Assembly (NCBI GenBank): GCA_963727825.1
Contig: CAVSHO010000009.1
Location: 800,001 to 864,000, forward strand
Length of the DNA: 64,000 bases
Direction: 5' to 3'
DNA from: Ignavibacteriota bacterium
GTDB taxonomy: Bacteria > Bacteroidota > Ignavibacteria > UBA10030
Shown here: positions 43,270 through 52,127 of the stretch, one piece after another
Layout of the letters: every line of letters starts with the position of its first letter
Position numbering within the stretch: position 1 is the stretch's first letter
Notes under the pieces: generated by a model
Seen by the model: only the letters and a program-made list of their open reading frames with translations
What the model was told of the DNA's origin: nothing
Database searches by the model: none
Translations under genes and position numbers: made by a program

Positions 43270-43303
43270 GTGCAAAACATGCACCATAATGCAGGAGGTG
43301 CAC
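43270..43303. promoter_or_regulatory. putative enhancer (two TGCA-N5-TGCA dyads)
   Basis: GTGCAAAACATGCAC (43270-43284) and ATGCAGGAGGTGCAC (43289-43303). Confidence 0.5.
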
Positions 43304-43305
43304 AA

Positions 43306-44094
43306 TTAGAACTTGAATGTAAATGTTACGCCTGGGCCCCCACCGGGTTGCAGATTTGACAGTACGATTACGGTAGAATTGTTGGACGTTGTAAAAATAT
43401 CAATTTCAGATGCAATATATGTAATAGCATATGCAACAAATGACACAATTTCAGCTTTATAATACCAATTATAGGTTTTATATTTTTCATCGATTTTTAA
43501 TGGATTTTTCTCGTTAAGATATTCTTGGCGAGCACTGCTTCTAAGAAATTCAAACGCAATTCCACTCCCAAGCGTTACAACTCCAAAACCAAGAAATATT
43601 GTGCCGGATGTTTTTTTCCCTATACGTAATTGCTCCCAGCCGGGAAACAAAATTGTTCTATAGGAAACAGACGAACTATCCGCCTCTGTCGGAATTACTT
43701 TCGTCTCCTGTGTAGTTTTTTTTGAAGAAAGAAAAGCTTGTTTTGCATCGCTGAAAATATTAAGTATTTTCGGAGAGGTAAGCACTGGATCAAGGGAGTA
43801 AGTTGGATAAAGGCTTAATAACTTAACGAATTGTTCTTTTGCAAGCTCGTGTTTTCCTTGTGCAATCAATGAAAAGGCTATGTATTTGTGAATTTCAGCA
43901 TAAGCAGTATCATTCAGATTTGCATTTTCAAGCAAGCGCCTAGCTTCTACTTCGGCTCTAATATAGGATCCTGAATTATAGAGAGAATCAATAGTCAGAA
44001 AAACTGCATGAAGAGAATCGTTCTGTGCAAATGTAAATGTATTAAAACTGCAGAAAAGAATTATAAAAACGATTAGGATTCGACGGATCATCAC
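43306..44094 (-). CDS. secreted TPR-containing protein with hydrophobic C-terminal half
   Basis: Signal peptide (TFA-Q), TPR-like helices, LDPVLTSPK, FPGWEQL, C-terminal alternating VTFTFKF. Confidence 0.75.
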   Translation of the reverse strand: MMIRRILIVFIILFCSFNTFTFAQNDSLHAVFLTIDSLYNSGSYIRAEVEARRLLENANLNDTAYAEIHKYIAFSLIAQGKHELAKEQFVKLLSLYPTYSLDPVLTSPKILNIFSDAKQAFLSSKKTTQETKVIPTEADSSSVSYRTILFPGWEQLRIGKKTSGTIFLGFGVVTLGSGIAFEFLRSSARQEYLNEKNPLKIDEKYKTYNWYYKAEIVSFVAYAITYIASEIDIFTTSNNSTVIVLSNLQPGGGPGVTFTFKF

Positions 44095-45617
44095 TGACCT
44101 TTAAATGAGATAACGATTGATGTCGTGTCTTTTGAACGCACTGTCACCTCGCGAACAATATCTCTAAAATATGTATTCTTAAAACGTACTTGATATTTTC
44201 CAGGTGAAAGCATAATCGGCTTTTCTAAAGGAGTCGTATCCTCATACTGGTCATTAATATATATTTTTGCCCATGGAGTGGCAAGGCAATTTAAATAACC
44301 GACATTGTCCAAGAAATTTGCTGTAACAACACACTCTCTAAAAGGCAACACAGTGATTGTTTGCGTGATTGGATCAAAAGAAGGGTTAACAAACCAAATT
44401 AAATGCTTGCCTGCAGCAACAATTAATGGTTTACTGAGGGGAGTTTCACCGATACAGTTGCTATCCACATACACTTTTGCCCATGGTGTGCTTGTAAATA
44501 TAACAGTGCCCGAATCTGTCGCCGTTTGATCAGTTACATTAGATAAAACAACTTCTGGTTTTGATGTTAATATTTTTTGAATGGGTTTACTCGCCCCTCG
44601 AATAGACGTATCTTTGTTAGGCTTCAAATTACTATCTATGGTTCTCGATATAGAATTAGAATCAATGTTTAAGAATGCTTTGGTTTGGATCATATGCTTT
44701 GAATCAGAAATTCTATTTGGAAGAAAGAATATTATAGCAATAATCAATATAGCAATTCCGCTTAAAACAGAAAATAAACGTTTTACGGAGGAAGAATGTC
44801 GGTCTGAAGCATCGATGGAAATATTGGAATCCTTTTCGTCAAAAGCATTAAGCGCATCTTTTGAGCTGACAAACCGGTTTTGTTTCTTCGGTGCCATTAA
44901 TAGTTTAAGGAAACGTACAAACTCTACAGAAGATTGTTCTGTAAATTGATCTAACATTTCAATGTTAAATGCCAAGATTTTCTTTGCACAATCCGCATAT
45001 GAATTTCCTTCAAAAATTCGCTCACCGGTAAGAACTTCAATTAAAGTAGCACCAAGAGCAAATAAGTCTGTTCGCTGGTCAACCTCTTCGTGCCGGATTT
45101 GTTCAGGCGACATGTACGCAGGCGTACCAAGCACCACTCCCTGTGCGGTAACAGATGGAACGGAAGCAAGGGATGCCAAACCGAAATCCGATATTTTAAA
45201 TGTTTCGGTTGTAGTAACGAGAATATTACCCGGCTTTATATCCCGATGAATTATGCCTTGTTCATGTGCCGTTACAAGGCCTCGAAGTGTATGCAGAGCA
45301 ACTTTTTGCGTATATGCCAAGGTGCGAGTACAACCATTGGTAATAAGCTGCTTTAATGATGTTCCCTCAACAAACTCCATTACGATTGCCGGACAGTTTT
45401 CATATTCGGTTAATGTATATACCTGTACAATGTATTCAGAGCGAAGAGCTGCACATGCCTGTGCTTCACGCATAAATCTTTGACGCAGGTCTGGATCAGC
45501 AGCATGGTGCTTGTGCAGAACCTTCAATAGGATACGACGCTGCAATACAGGATCAAATGCCCGGTAAACGCTGGTAAAAGTACTTTCGTGAATCTTTTCT
45601 TCGATAATAAACTGCAT
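44091..45617 (-). CDS. membrane Ser/Thr protein kinase with two C-terminal PEGA-like domains
   Basis: HRDIKPGN, DFG, GTPAYMSPE; TM helix; repeats TPWAKVYVD..GETPL and TPWAKIYIN..DTTPL; likely start ATG 45617. Confidence 0.92.
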   Translation of the reverse strand: MQFIIEEKIHESTFTSVYRAFDPVLQRRILLKVLHKHHAADPDLRQRFMREAQACAALRSEYIVQVYTLTEYENCPAIVMEFVEGTSLKQLITNGCTRTLAYTQKVALHTLRGLVTAHEQGIIHRDIKPGNILVTTTETFKISDFGLASLASVPSVTAQGVVLGTPAYMSPEQIRHEEVDQRTDLFALGATLIEVLTGERIFEGNSYADCAKKILAFNIEMLDQFTEQSSVEFVRFLKLLMAPKKQNRFVSSKDALNAFDEKDSNISIDASDRHSSSVKRLFSVLSGIAILIIAIIFFLPNRISDSKHMIQTKAFLNIDSNSISRTIDSNLKPNKDTSIRGASKPIQKILTSKPEVVLSNVTDQTATDSGTVIFTSTPWAKVYVDSNCIGETPLSKPLIVAAGKHLIWFVNPSFDPITQTITVLPFRECVVTANFLDNVGYLNCLATPWAKIYINDQYEDTTPLEKPIMLSPGKYQVRFKNTYFRDIVREVTVRSKDTTSIVISFKGQ

Positions 45618-45619
45618 TA

Positions 45620-47101
45620 TTATTTGGCCCAATCTTTAAGACGATATTGAAGCCACCGTAACGATACACCCAGTTTTTCTGCGGTTCGGCGCCTATTACC
45701 ATCCACCTCTTTTAATGTCGCCTCGATAACCTGTCTTTCCATTTCTTCTAAAGTCATTGAAGAAGGAAACAAAGAATCTGATTTATTTATATCAAATATG
45801 AAATCATTTGCTGTTAATTGTGTCCCATTGCATAGAACTACCGCTCGTTCAATAGCGTTTTGGAATTCCCGAACATTGCCTCTCCATGAGTTATTCAAAA
45901 GTAATTGCATAGCATCCGGATGAATACTTTCTACCGGGCGTTTGTACATTTTAACAGCTCGCTGGAGAAAATGCTTAGATAGAAGGGGAATGTCATCTTT
46001 ACGCTCGCGCAATGGGGGCAAGTGAATGTCAACAACATTAAGCCGGAAATAAAGATCATCACGCATTTTTCCATTTTTTACTTCATCGTTCAGATTCTTG
46101 CTAGTTGCAGCAATGATTCGAATATTTGCCGATCTGTTAATTGTGTCTCCAACGCGACGATATTCTTTTTCCTGTAGTAATCGAAGGAGTTTAGATTGGA
46201 GCGGATATGGAAGATCAGATATTTCATCTAAAAATAATGTTCCGCAGTCGGCAACTTCCACCAATCCCTTTTTTGTATTGCTTGCACCTGTGAAAGCTCC
46301 TTTCGTATATCCGAAAAGCTCGCTTTCGATTAATGATTCTGGAAAAGCAGAACAGTTTACAGCTACGAAGGGAAACCCCTTCCGCGAACCGTTTTCATGA
46401 ATAGCACGGGCTACTAGTTCTTTTCCTGTGCCGCTTTCGCCAGTAACGAGCACAGCAACATCAATATCGAGAACACGCCTGGCAATCTCCAATGCACTTA
46501 TCCATTTCTTACTTGTTCCCACAAGCGAAGAAAACAAATGCGTCACCTCAGCTTCACTCTTAAGACGTTCGTTTTGTTTCTGAAGCTCTGTATAGCGTTT
46601 TGCATTCTCGATGGCAATACCTGCAAGGTTGCCGAAGATGGTTAAGAATTTTAAAGACTCCTCCGTGAATTCTTTAAGCATTTTGCTGCTATCCAAATAC
46701 ACGGCGCCAAAAGTGCTATTCCCGGTCTTAAGAGGAATACAAATAATGGAAAGAATTTTCTGGGCAATAATGCTTGTGGAGGAGTCAAACCGTTCATCGT
46801 TTTGGGCGTCGAAGGTAAGCACAGCTTCACCGGTATCAAGGACATTTTTAATAACTGACGAGGATGCTGCAATTTCTGAAGTTGCTTTTTGGGAGGAAAA
46901 ATTCTTTACAACAGCAACATCATAACCGTTTTCTTTGTCTGGATTTGACAAAATGACAAATCCGCGTTCAGCAGAGAGGCGAGTCATTGCGATTTCCAGA
47001 ACTTGTTCCAATAACTCGGTTGGCTCTAAAACAGAATTCACCGATTTAGCGATTTGATATAAAGCATCAAAGTTTTCTTGAAGTGTTTGTTCAGTTGTCA
47101 T
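45620..47101 (-). CDS. GAF-domain sigma54-dependent transcriptional activator with Fis HTH
   Basis: GAF (SIICIPL, GAVYLD, IAIENA), GESGTGKE, GAFTGA, FLDEI, GNVREF, HTH. Confidence 0.94.
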   Translation of the reverse strand: MTTEQTLQENFDALYQIAKSVNSVLEPTELLEQVLEIAMTRLSAERGFVILSNPDKENGYDVAVVKNFSSQKATSEIAASSSVIKNVLDTGEAVLTFDAQNDERFDSSTSIIAQKILSIICIPLKTGNSTFGAVYLDSSKMLKEFTEESLKFLTIFGNLAGIAIENAKRYTELQKQNERLKSEAEVTHLFSSLVGTSKKWISALEIARRVLDIDVAVLVTGESGTGKELVARAIHENGSRKGFPFVAVNCSAFPESLIESELFGYTKGAFTGASNTKKGLVEVADCGTLFLDEISDLPYPLQSKLLRLLQEKEYRRVGDTINRSANIRIIAATSKNLNDEVKNGKMRDDLYFRLNVVDIHLPPLRERKDDIPLLSKHFLQRAVKMYKRPVESIHPDAMQLLLNNSWRGNVREFQNAIERAVVLCNGTQLTANDFIFDINKSDSLFPSSMTLEEMERQVIEATLKEVDGNRRRTAEKLGVSLRWLQYRLKDWAK

Positions 47102-48135
47102 TGTACTACAAATGCCGCCTCTTTAGAACGCGAATAATTGCCGAAATCATCAATCACCGAGACGGTCCATACGTAATTTCCCGAAACCAATGTTTCACCG
47201 CTATTGTCGCCAGGGAATTGAAATGCATTATTAACCGAACCTATCCGGGAATATGTCCCTATGTCATTACGAACGCCGGAAATAATCTGTGAAAGCGTTA
47301 CCGAATACGTATAGTTAAAACTGACGCCAGATATAGAAGACCAATGCAGCACCGGTGTTGAACCAGTTGTATCCTTTACCGATGTAGAAGGGTTTGTCGT
47401 TGGCGATATAGGATCCGCCGTGTTTTCAATAATGCGCGACACATAAAATGGATTGCTATAATTTATTGCATAATGTAAATCTCTTGATCGGATTTGTAAG
47501 GGTTTACTCACTAACCACTGTATCGTATTCGTTGGTAGAGCGGAACTATAGACGGTCGCCTGAAATAACCGGGTAGAAATAGAATATGTCATTGGAAAAA
47601 AAAGAGTATCTGATATCAAAGAGCCAGTCGAGTCGTATGTAACAAAAAACCAAACAGAATCAATGTCGGTAATACCATTCGGGTCGGCAACAGATGCAGT
47701 AACATCAACAAAATATTGTGGACCAGGATAATACTGATCGATTTTTCTAGTATAAATGTTTTGAGATACAACGTAAGGGGCTCCATTCATATCAAAATGA
47801 ACTTGAGCTGTTGTTTGAGTTTGCAGAACTATATGCAGAGTGTCCGGCGTATAATTAGATTTTGTACAAATAAGAGTTTGAGTTCCTATTGTAAGGCGAT
47901 CAAAAGAAAAAGCGCCCGAAGCATTAGAAATAGTTGAAATGCCATCTTCCCTTGACGTAATAGTGGCAGAAGAAAGAGGAGTGCCTTGATTTAAAATAGA
48001 AACAGTTCCGGTTAAACTTGTCGTAGAAACGTATTGCGATGATTGTGGGTCGACAGGATTATCATGCGGTGCATCATTACATCCGTAGAAAAAACCGATT
48101 GGAAAAATTATTATATAATAAACGTATTTTTTCAT
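47098..48135 (-). CDS. lipoprotein with carboxypeptidase-regulatory-like and Ig/Fn3-like beta domains
   Basis: Lipobox FFYGC, HDNPVDP, LTGTV...SGAFSF, Thr/Ser-rich beta strands, YVWTVSVID. Confidence 0.75.
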   Translation of the reverse strand: MKKYVYYIIIFPIGFFYGCNDAPHDNPVDPQSSQYVSTTSLTGTVSILNQGTPLSSATITSREDGISTISNASGAFSFDRLTIGTQTLICTKSNYTPDTLHIVLQTQTTAQVHFDMNGAPYVVSQNIYTRKIDQYYPGPQYFVDVTASVADPNGITDIDSVWFFVTYDSTGSLISDTLFFPMTYSISTRLFQATVYSSALPTNTIQWLVSKPLQIRSRDLHYAINYSNPFYVSRIIENTADPISPTTNPSTSVKDTTGSTPVLHWSSISGVSFNYTYSVTLSQIISGVRNDIGTYSRIGSVNNAFQFPGDNSGETLVSGNYVWTVSVIDDFGNYSRSKEAAFVVQ

Positions 48136-48186
48136 TACAGCATAAATATAGTCTATTTTTTTCTACAGTTACAAGCCAGCAAGCAC

Positions 48187-48218
48187 AAAAAAGCCTTTCA
48201 TAAATAAGAAAGGCTTTT
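48187..48218. terminator. intrinsic terminator (longer U tract on minus strand)
   Basis: AAAAAAGCCTTTC-N8-GAAAGGCTTTT. Confidence 0.75.
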
Positions 48219-48468
48219 CATTAAGTCAAGGTATATCCCATTTCTCTTTTACCTGAATAACCCCTTAGCGCTTTTCAGTAATTTTCGCGTTTAGCTTATT
48301 GCGAAGATTGTTTTTGGGATACTATGGTGAATGCAAAGCAGTGACAATCTTCGTTTGCGCTGAACGGACAGATGACAGAAGAGAGAATATTACAAGGATA
48401 ATTATATCAGCAGTGGCCATTCGGCCGCACGAGGATACAGAATAAAATTAGTATTACTAAAATAATAT

Positions 48469-48497
48469 TTGACTTACATTATTAATTTATGTAAGTT
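48469..48497 (+). promoter_or_regulatory. vapBC promoter with overlapping palindromic operator
   Basis: TTGACT-17-TAAGTT overlapped by inverted repeat ACTTACAT-N9-ATGTAAGT (48472-48496). Confidence 0.7.
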
Positions 48498-48518
48498 AGA
48501 ATAAAAAGGAGATACACA

Positions 48519-48749
48519 ATGGATACATCGGTGGTAACAGTAAAAGGACAAATCGTTGTTCCTGCGAAAATCCGGCGAAAATTTGGAATCAAAAAAGGGA
48601 CAAAAATCGCGTTTGTTGAGCAAAATGGCAAACTCATAATTCAGCCGCTTGATAAAAATTATTTTGAGAGCCTATCAGGGATACTTGGCACTAACGGCGA
48701 CATGCTTAAAGGATTGATGGAAGATAAGAAAAAGGAGCGCGAACTATGA
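48519..48749 (+). CDS. AbrB/MazE/SpoVT-family antitoxin (VapB-type)
   Basis: VTVKGQIVVPAKIRRKFGIKKG motif; ATGA overlap with PIN gene. Confidence 0.9.
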   Translation: MDTSVVTVKGQIVVPAKIRRKFGIKKGTKIAFVEQNGKLIIQPLDKNYFESLSGILGTNGDMLKGLMEDKKKEREL

Positions 48750-49147
48750 AGACAACAGTTCTTGATAGTTATGCAGTAATATCTTATCTGCAGCAGCAGG
48801 AAGGATACGAGGAGGTTGCCGCTGTCTTTGAAGAGTGCGTAACCAAAGACAGGGAAGCATTTATGTGCATTGTGAACTGGGGAGAAGTGATCTATCAGGC
48901 GCTTCGCAGAGGCGGAGAAACACGTGCTAAGTTAGCGGAAGATTCAATAAGGGCTTTACCGATCCAGCTTGTAGAAGTCAACAAAGAACTCACACTTCAA
49001 GCTGCTCATTTAAAAGCATTCAATAAAATGTCTTTTGCAGATTGCTATGCGGCGGCGTTGGCGATGAAAAGGAAATGTGAATTGTTAACGGGAGATAAGG
49101 AATTTAAACAAATGGAAGAGAAGATTAAAGTGCGCTGGATAAAGTAA
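48746..49147 (+). CDS. vapC: PIN-domain VapC-family toxin
   Basis: VLDSYA, NWGEV, SFADC, LLTGDKEF acidic PIN motifs. Confidence 0.9.
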   Translation: MKTTVLDSYAVISYLQQQEGYEEVAAVFEECVTKDREAFMCIVNWGEVIYQALRRGGETRAKLAEDSIRALPIQLVEVNKELTLQAAHLKAFNKMSFADCYAAALAMKRKCELLTGDKEFKQMEEKIKVRWIK

Positions 49148-49165
49148 AGAAATCGGGAGGATTAA

Positions 49166-49417
49166 ATGGATAACAAGGAATTGTGCGTTAATCTCGCGAA
49201 GGCCGAAACAGAAAAAGAAGTTGTAGATTTATTAAAGCAAGCGGGGCATTGGAATGATCCCAAATCTTGGTCATTTTATGGTGGCGATGAAAGCAATTAT
49301 TCTGATATTGGAAATCAACAAACAAAACCAGAATGTGCCTTGGTGGAAAAACTAATTAACAGTGTCAATGCATCGTTAATAAAAATATCCTGCAGATTTT
49401 CAGAGTCTGCGGGATAA
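49166..49417 (+). pseudogene. truncated N-terminus of a probable GHKL-type ATPase protein
   Basis: Strong GGGAGG RBS; NYSDIGNQQ..PECALVEKLINSVNA resembles the GHKL N-box (ExxxNxxDA), then the ORF ends at 83 aa. Confidence 0.55.
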
Positions 49418-49522
49418 AGAAAAGATGGATATTTGCCTCAGAGCAAAGAATTTTTGAGCACTATATTCAACTATCTAATTCTATCTACGTTTAAGTTAAA
49501 AATCTCCGTAGCGCCATCAAAG

Positions 49523-50692
49523 CTATGCCGAACGCAAAGCATTGACAATATTCAATCGTGCTGCACGAACTGCAGGCAAAAAGCCGCCTGCAAATCCCAT
49601 AAAGAGTGAAAATAAAAGCGAGTTAAAAGCAATTGAAGGCGACAGCGCAAACGAAAATTGCAGCTCAGAAAATGACTGATAATTCAACGTCGAAATGGAA
49701 AAGAATTGCAGGAACGATGCCAAAAATAATCCGATTACCCCGCCGATGAAAGAGAGGGAAAGTGATTCGATTAAAAATGCCGACAACACACTACGGCGCT
49801 TAAATCCGAGTGCGCGCAATGTTCCAACTTCCACCGTTCGATTTGCGACAGCCGCGTACATCGTAATCATCGCGCCGATTGTTGCGCCAAACGAAAAAAC
49901 AACTGTAATGAAAATGCCAAGGATACGGATAAATGTCGCCATTCCCTCCGATTGCTCTTCAAAGAATTTCTTTTCAATCTTCGGCTCGAATTGTTCCAGC
50001 CGCGGTTCGGCATCGAATGCTGCCTTTAAAGCATTAAAAGCATCGGGTTGATCGAGTTTAAACGTTACCGTTGAATAACCGCCCTGGCGATTAAAGGCAT
50101 CTTGTAGTTGATCATTGTCGCCCCATATCTCTGAATCAAACTCGCTCCCGTCGGCATCAAATTTTCCAACAATTGTCCATTGATTACCGCCAAAGGTCAC
50201 CATAGAACCAACTTTTGTACCGATAAAATTTTTTGCTATTGCTGAACCGGTTACAACTTCCCGGGCTCCAGCTTTAAACATTCTTCCTTCTATAATGTGT
50301 ACTTGCGGACGCAAGAGAAATGCTGCCGGTGCAACGCCGCGCACGGTCGCGTTACTTAATCCGCCTGTCTTTTTCTCTAAATTGATGACGACCACAGTTT
50401 CACCTGATACCAGCGGCTTGCCATCAGATTGTTTTGCAATATGCGGCAAAGTTAGCATGACATTTAAATCATTGCTTCCAATAATGCTGGAGATTTCTCC
50501 GTTTGCAGCTTTACGCGCCACGATAACATTGTCCGGCATTCCCGTTGCAACGAGTGTCTTTTGAATGCCATGCGCAAGCATGAGGACCGCAGCGAACACA
50601 AAAACAACAAGTGCAATGCCTGTCATTGTAATCGCTGTTGTAAGTCTGCGCGATTTAAAATTGCGTAATGTATATTTTAAGGGAATTTTCAT
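49523..50692 (-). CDS. MacB/FtsX-family ABC permease
   Basis: EGRMF, RTVEVGTLRALGF, PAVRAARL motifs. Confidence 0.93.
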   Translation of the reverse strand: MKIPLKYTLRNFKSRRLTTAITMTGIALVVFVFAAVLMLAHGIQKTLVATGMPDNVIVARKAANGEISSIIGSNDLNVMLTLPHIAKQSDGKPLVSGETVVVINLEKKTGGLSNATVRGVAPAAFLLRPQVHIIEGRMFKAGAREVVTGSAIAKNFIGTKVGSMVTFGGNQWTIVGKFDADGSEFDSEIWGDNDQLQDAFNRQGGYSTVTFKLDQPDAFNALKAAFDAEPRLEQFEPKIEKKFFEEQSEGMATFIRILGIFITVVFSFGATIGAMITMYAAVANRTVEVGTLRALGFKRRSVLSAFLIESLSLSFIGGVIGLFLASFLQFFSISTLNYQSFSELQFSFALSPSIAFNSLLFSLFMGFAGGFLPAVRAARLNIVNALRSA

Positions 50693-50719
50693 GGTTATCC
50701 TCTAATAAGAACATAGAAT

Positions 50720-50873
50720 TCAGGATACATAAGATAGAATGCGTTGAGAATATGCATATAATAATTTTGTAACTTCCTCAAGAAGCATTTTCAACTCCGA
50801 TTGCAAGAACGAAACGATGAGCCTTTTGCAAGACTACAAGGTCTTCAAAAGATTTTGCGGATTCTCTTTCCAT
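50720..50873 (-). pseudogene. internally deleted four-helix-bundle protein gene (TIGR02436-like)
   Basis: MERESAKSFEDLVVLQKAHRFVLAI joined out of frame to ELKMLLEEVTKLLYAYSQRIL; these resemble the family N- and C-termini; flanked by heptamer repeats. Confidence 0.7.
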
Positions 50874-50957
50874 CGATCAGTTCCCTCTAAAAAAAACAAC
50901 GAATTATTTTCTTTTTCCAACTTCCTTGTTCTCACTTCTGTCTCCTGCCTTCTATTT

Positions 50958-52118
50958 TTATCCTGCAAATCTTAAACCGTCAACAATCTTTGTTCTCAAT
51001 GCACGCTGGATCGGGAAAATCGAAGCTGCAATACCAATCATTAATGCAGAGCCAGCGGCAAGAATAAGCGTTAAAGGAGTTATAAAAAAGTACGGGAAGA
51101 ATCCTTTTGGCACGAGAGCTTCAATACCCGCAACGACTGGGTATGTAAGCAAAACTCCTGCACCAGCTCCGAGTGCCGAGATGAGTAAGGATTCGCCGAA
51201 AATGAGGCCGAATAAATGTCCACCGGAAAACCCGAGCGTCTTTAGTACTGCGTATTCGCATGTTCGCTCACGTGCAGACATGATCATTGTATTGCCAAGC
51301 ACGAGCATAATAATGCCGATAATGATGTAAGAAACAGCATTCATAGCATTGAGCAGTGAACTGGCACCCGAAATAAATCCCTGTGTAAACGCACGTTCTG
51401 TTTCGGTCTTGGTTGAGTTCGAAGAGTTTTTAAAAAGTGCATCAACCTGTTCCGAAATAGAGGCAGCTTGTGTAGGATCTTTAATCTTAATAATATACCA
51501 CATAACCTGTCCTGCACGCCTGGGCATATCCACTTTCATACGTTCATCGATTGCCGACCAAGGGAAAAACATTTGCGTTGCATCGGTAGATTTATCGCGT
51601 GGCTTATAAATGCCGCGGACAACGAATTCCCATTTACCGGGATAAATGTCACCATCAAGAGGAATAATATCCCCTATCTTAAATCCGTATTGTTTTGCAA
51701 TCTCTGAGCCAATAATACACGAGTTACGTTCCTGTTTAAACGTTTCAAGTTCTTTCGCACCAATAAGGTATTCTGGATATACTTCAAAAATTGTTTCTGG
51801 ATCGGCACCCATACGCGCAAAAAAATTGTTTTTATCTTTATATGTTCCTCCAAACCAATTAGCATAGGACACTGTTTCAACGCCAGGAATTTTTGCTATT
51901 TGGTTGCGATACGAAAGAGGAAGTGGAAAAACGAATGAAACCGCTTGCCGCGTTATTAGGCGATTTGCAGCAGTTGCCTCCAATCCCTCATAATACATAT
52001 CCACAACGGTGCGCAAAACGCCGAATGCCATCACGGCAATTGCCATACCGAGAATAGTAAGTGAAGTACGGAGTTTATGGCGTAATGCATTTTTAAAAAT
52101 AAGTTTAAGTACTCGCAT
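50958..52118 (-). CDS. MacB/FtsX-family ABC permease
   Basis: RTSLT, WFGG, RERTCEYAVLKTLGF motifs. Confidence 0.93.
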   Translation of the reverse strand: MRVLKLIFKNALRHKLRTSLTILGMAIAVMAFGVLRTVVDMYYEGLEATAANRLITRQAVSFVFPLPLSYRNQIAKIPGVETVSYANWFGGTYKDKNNFFARMGADPETIFEVYPEYLIGAKELETFKQERNSCIIGSEIAKQYGFKIGDIIPLDGDIYPGKWEFVVRGIYKPRDKSTDATQMFFPWSAIDERMKVDMPRRAGQVMWYIIKIKDPTQAASISEQVDALFKNSSNSTKTETERAFTQGFISGASSLLNAMNAVSYIIIGIIMLVLGNTMIMSARERTCEYAVLKTLGFSGGHLFGLIFGESLLISALGAGAGVLLTYPVVAGIEALVPKGFFPYFFITPLTLILAAGSALMIGIAASIFPIQRALRTKIVDGLRFAG

Positions 52119-52127
52119 ACTAACTCC

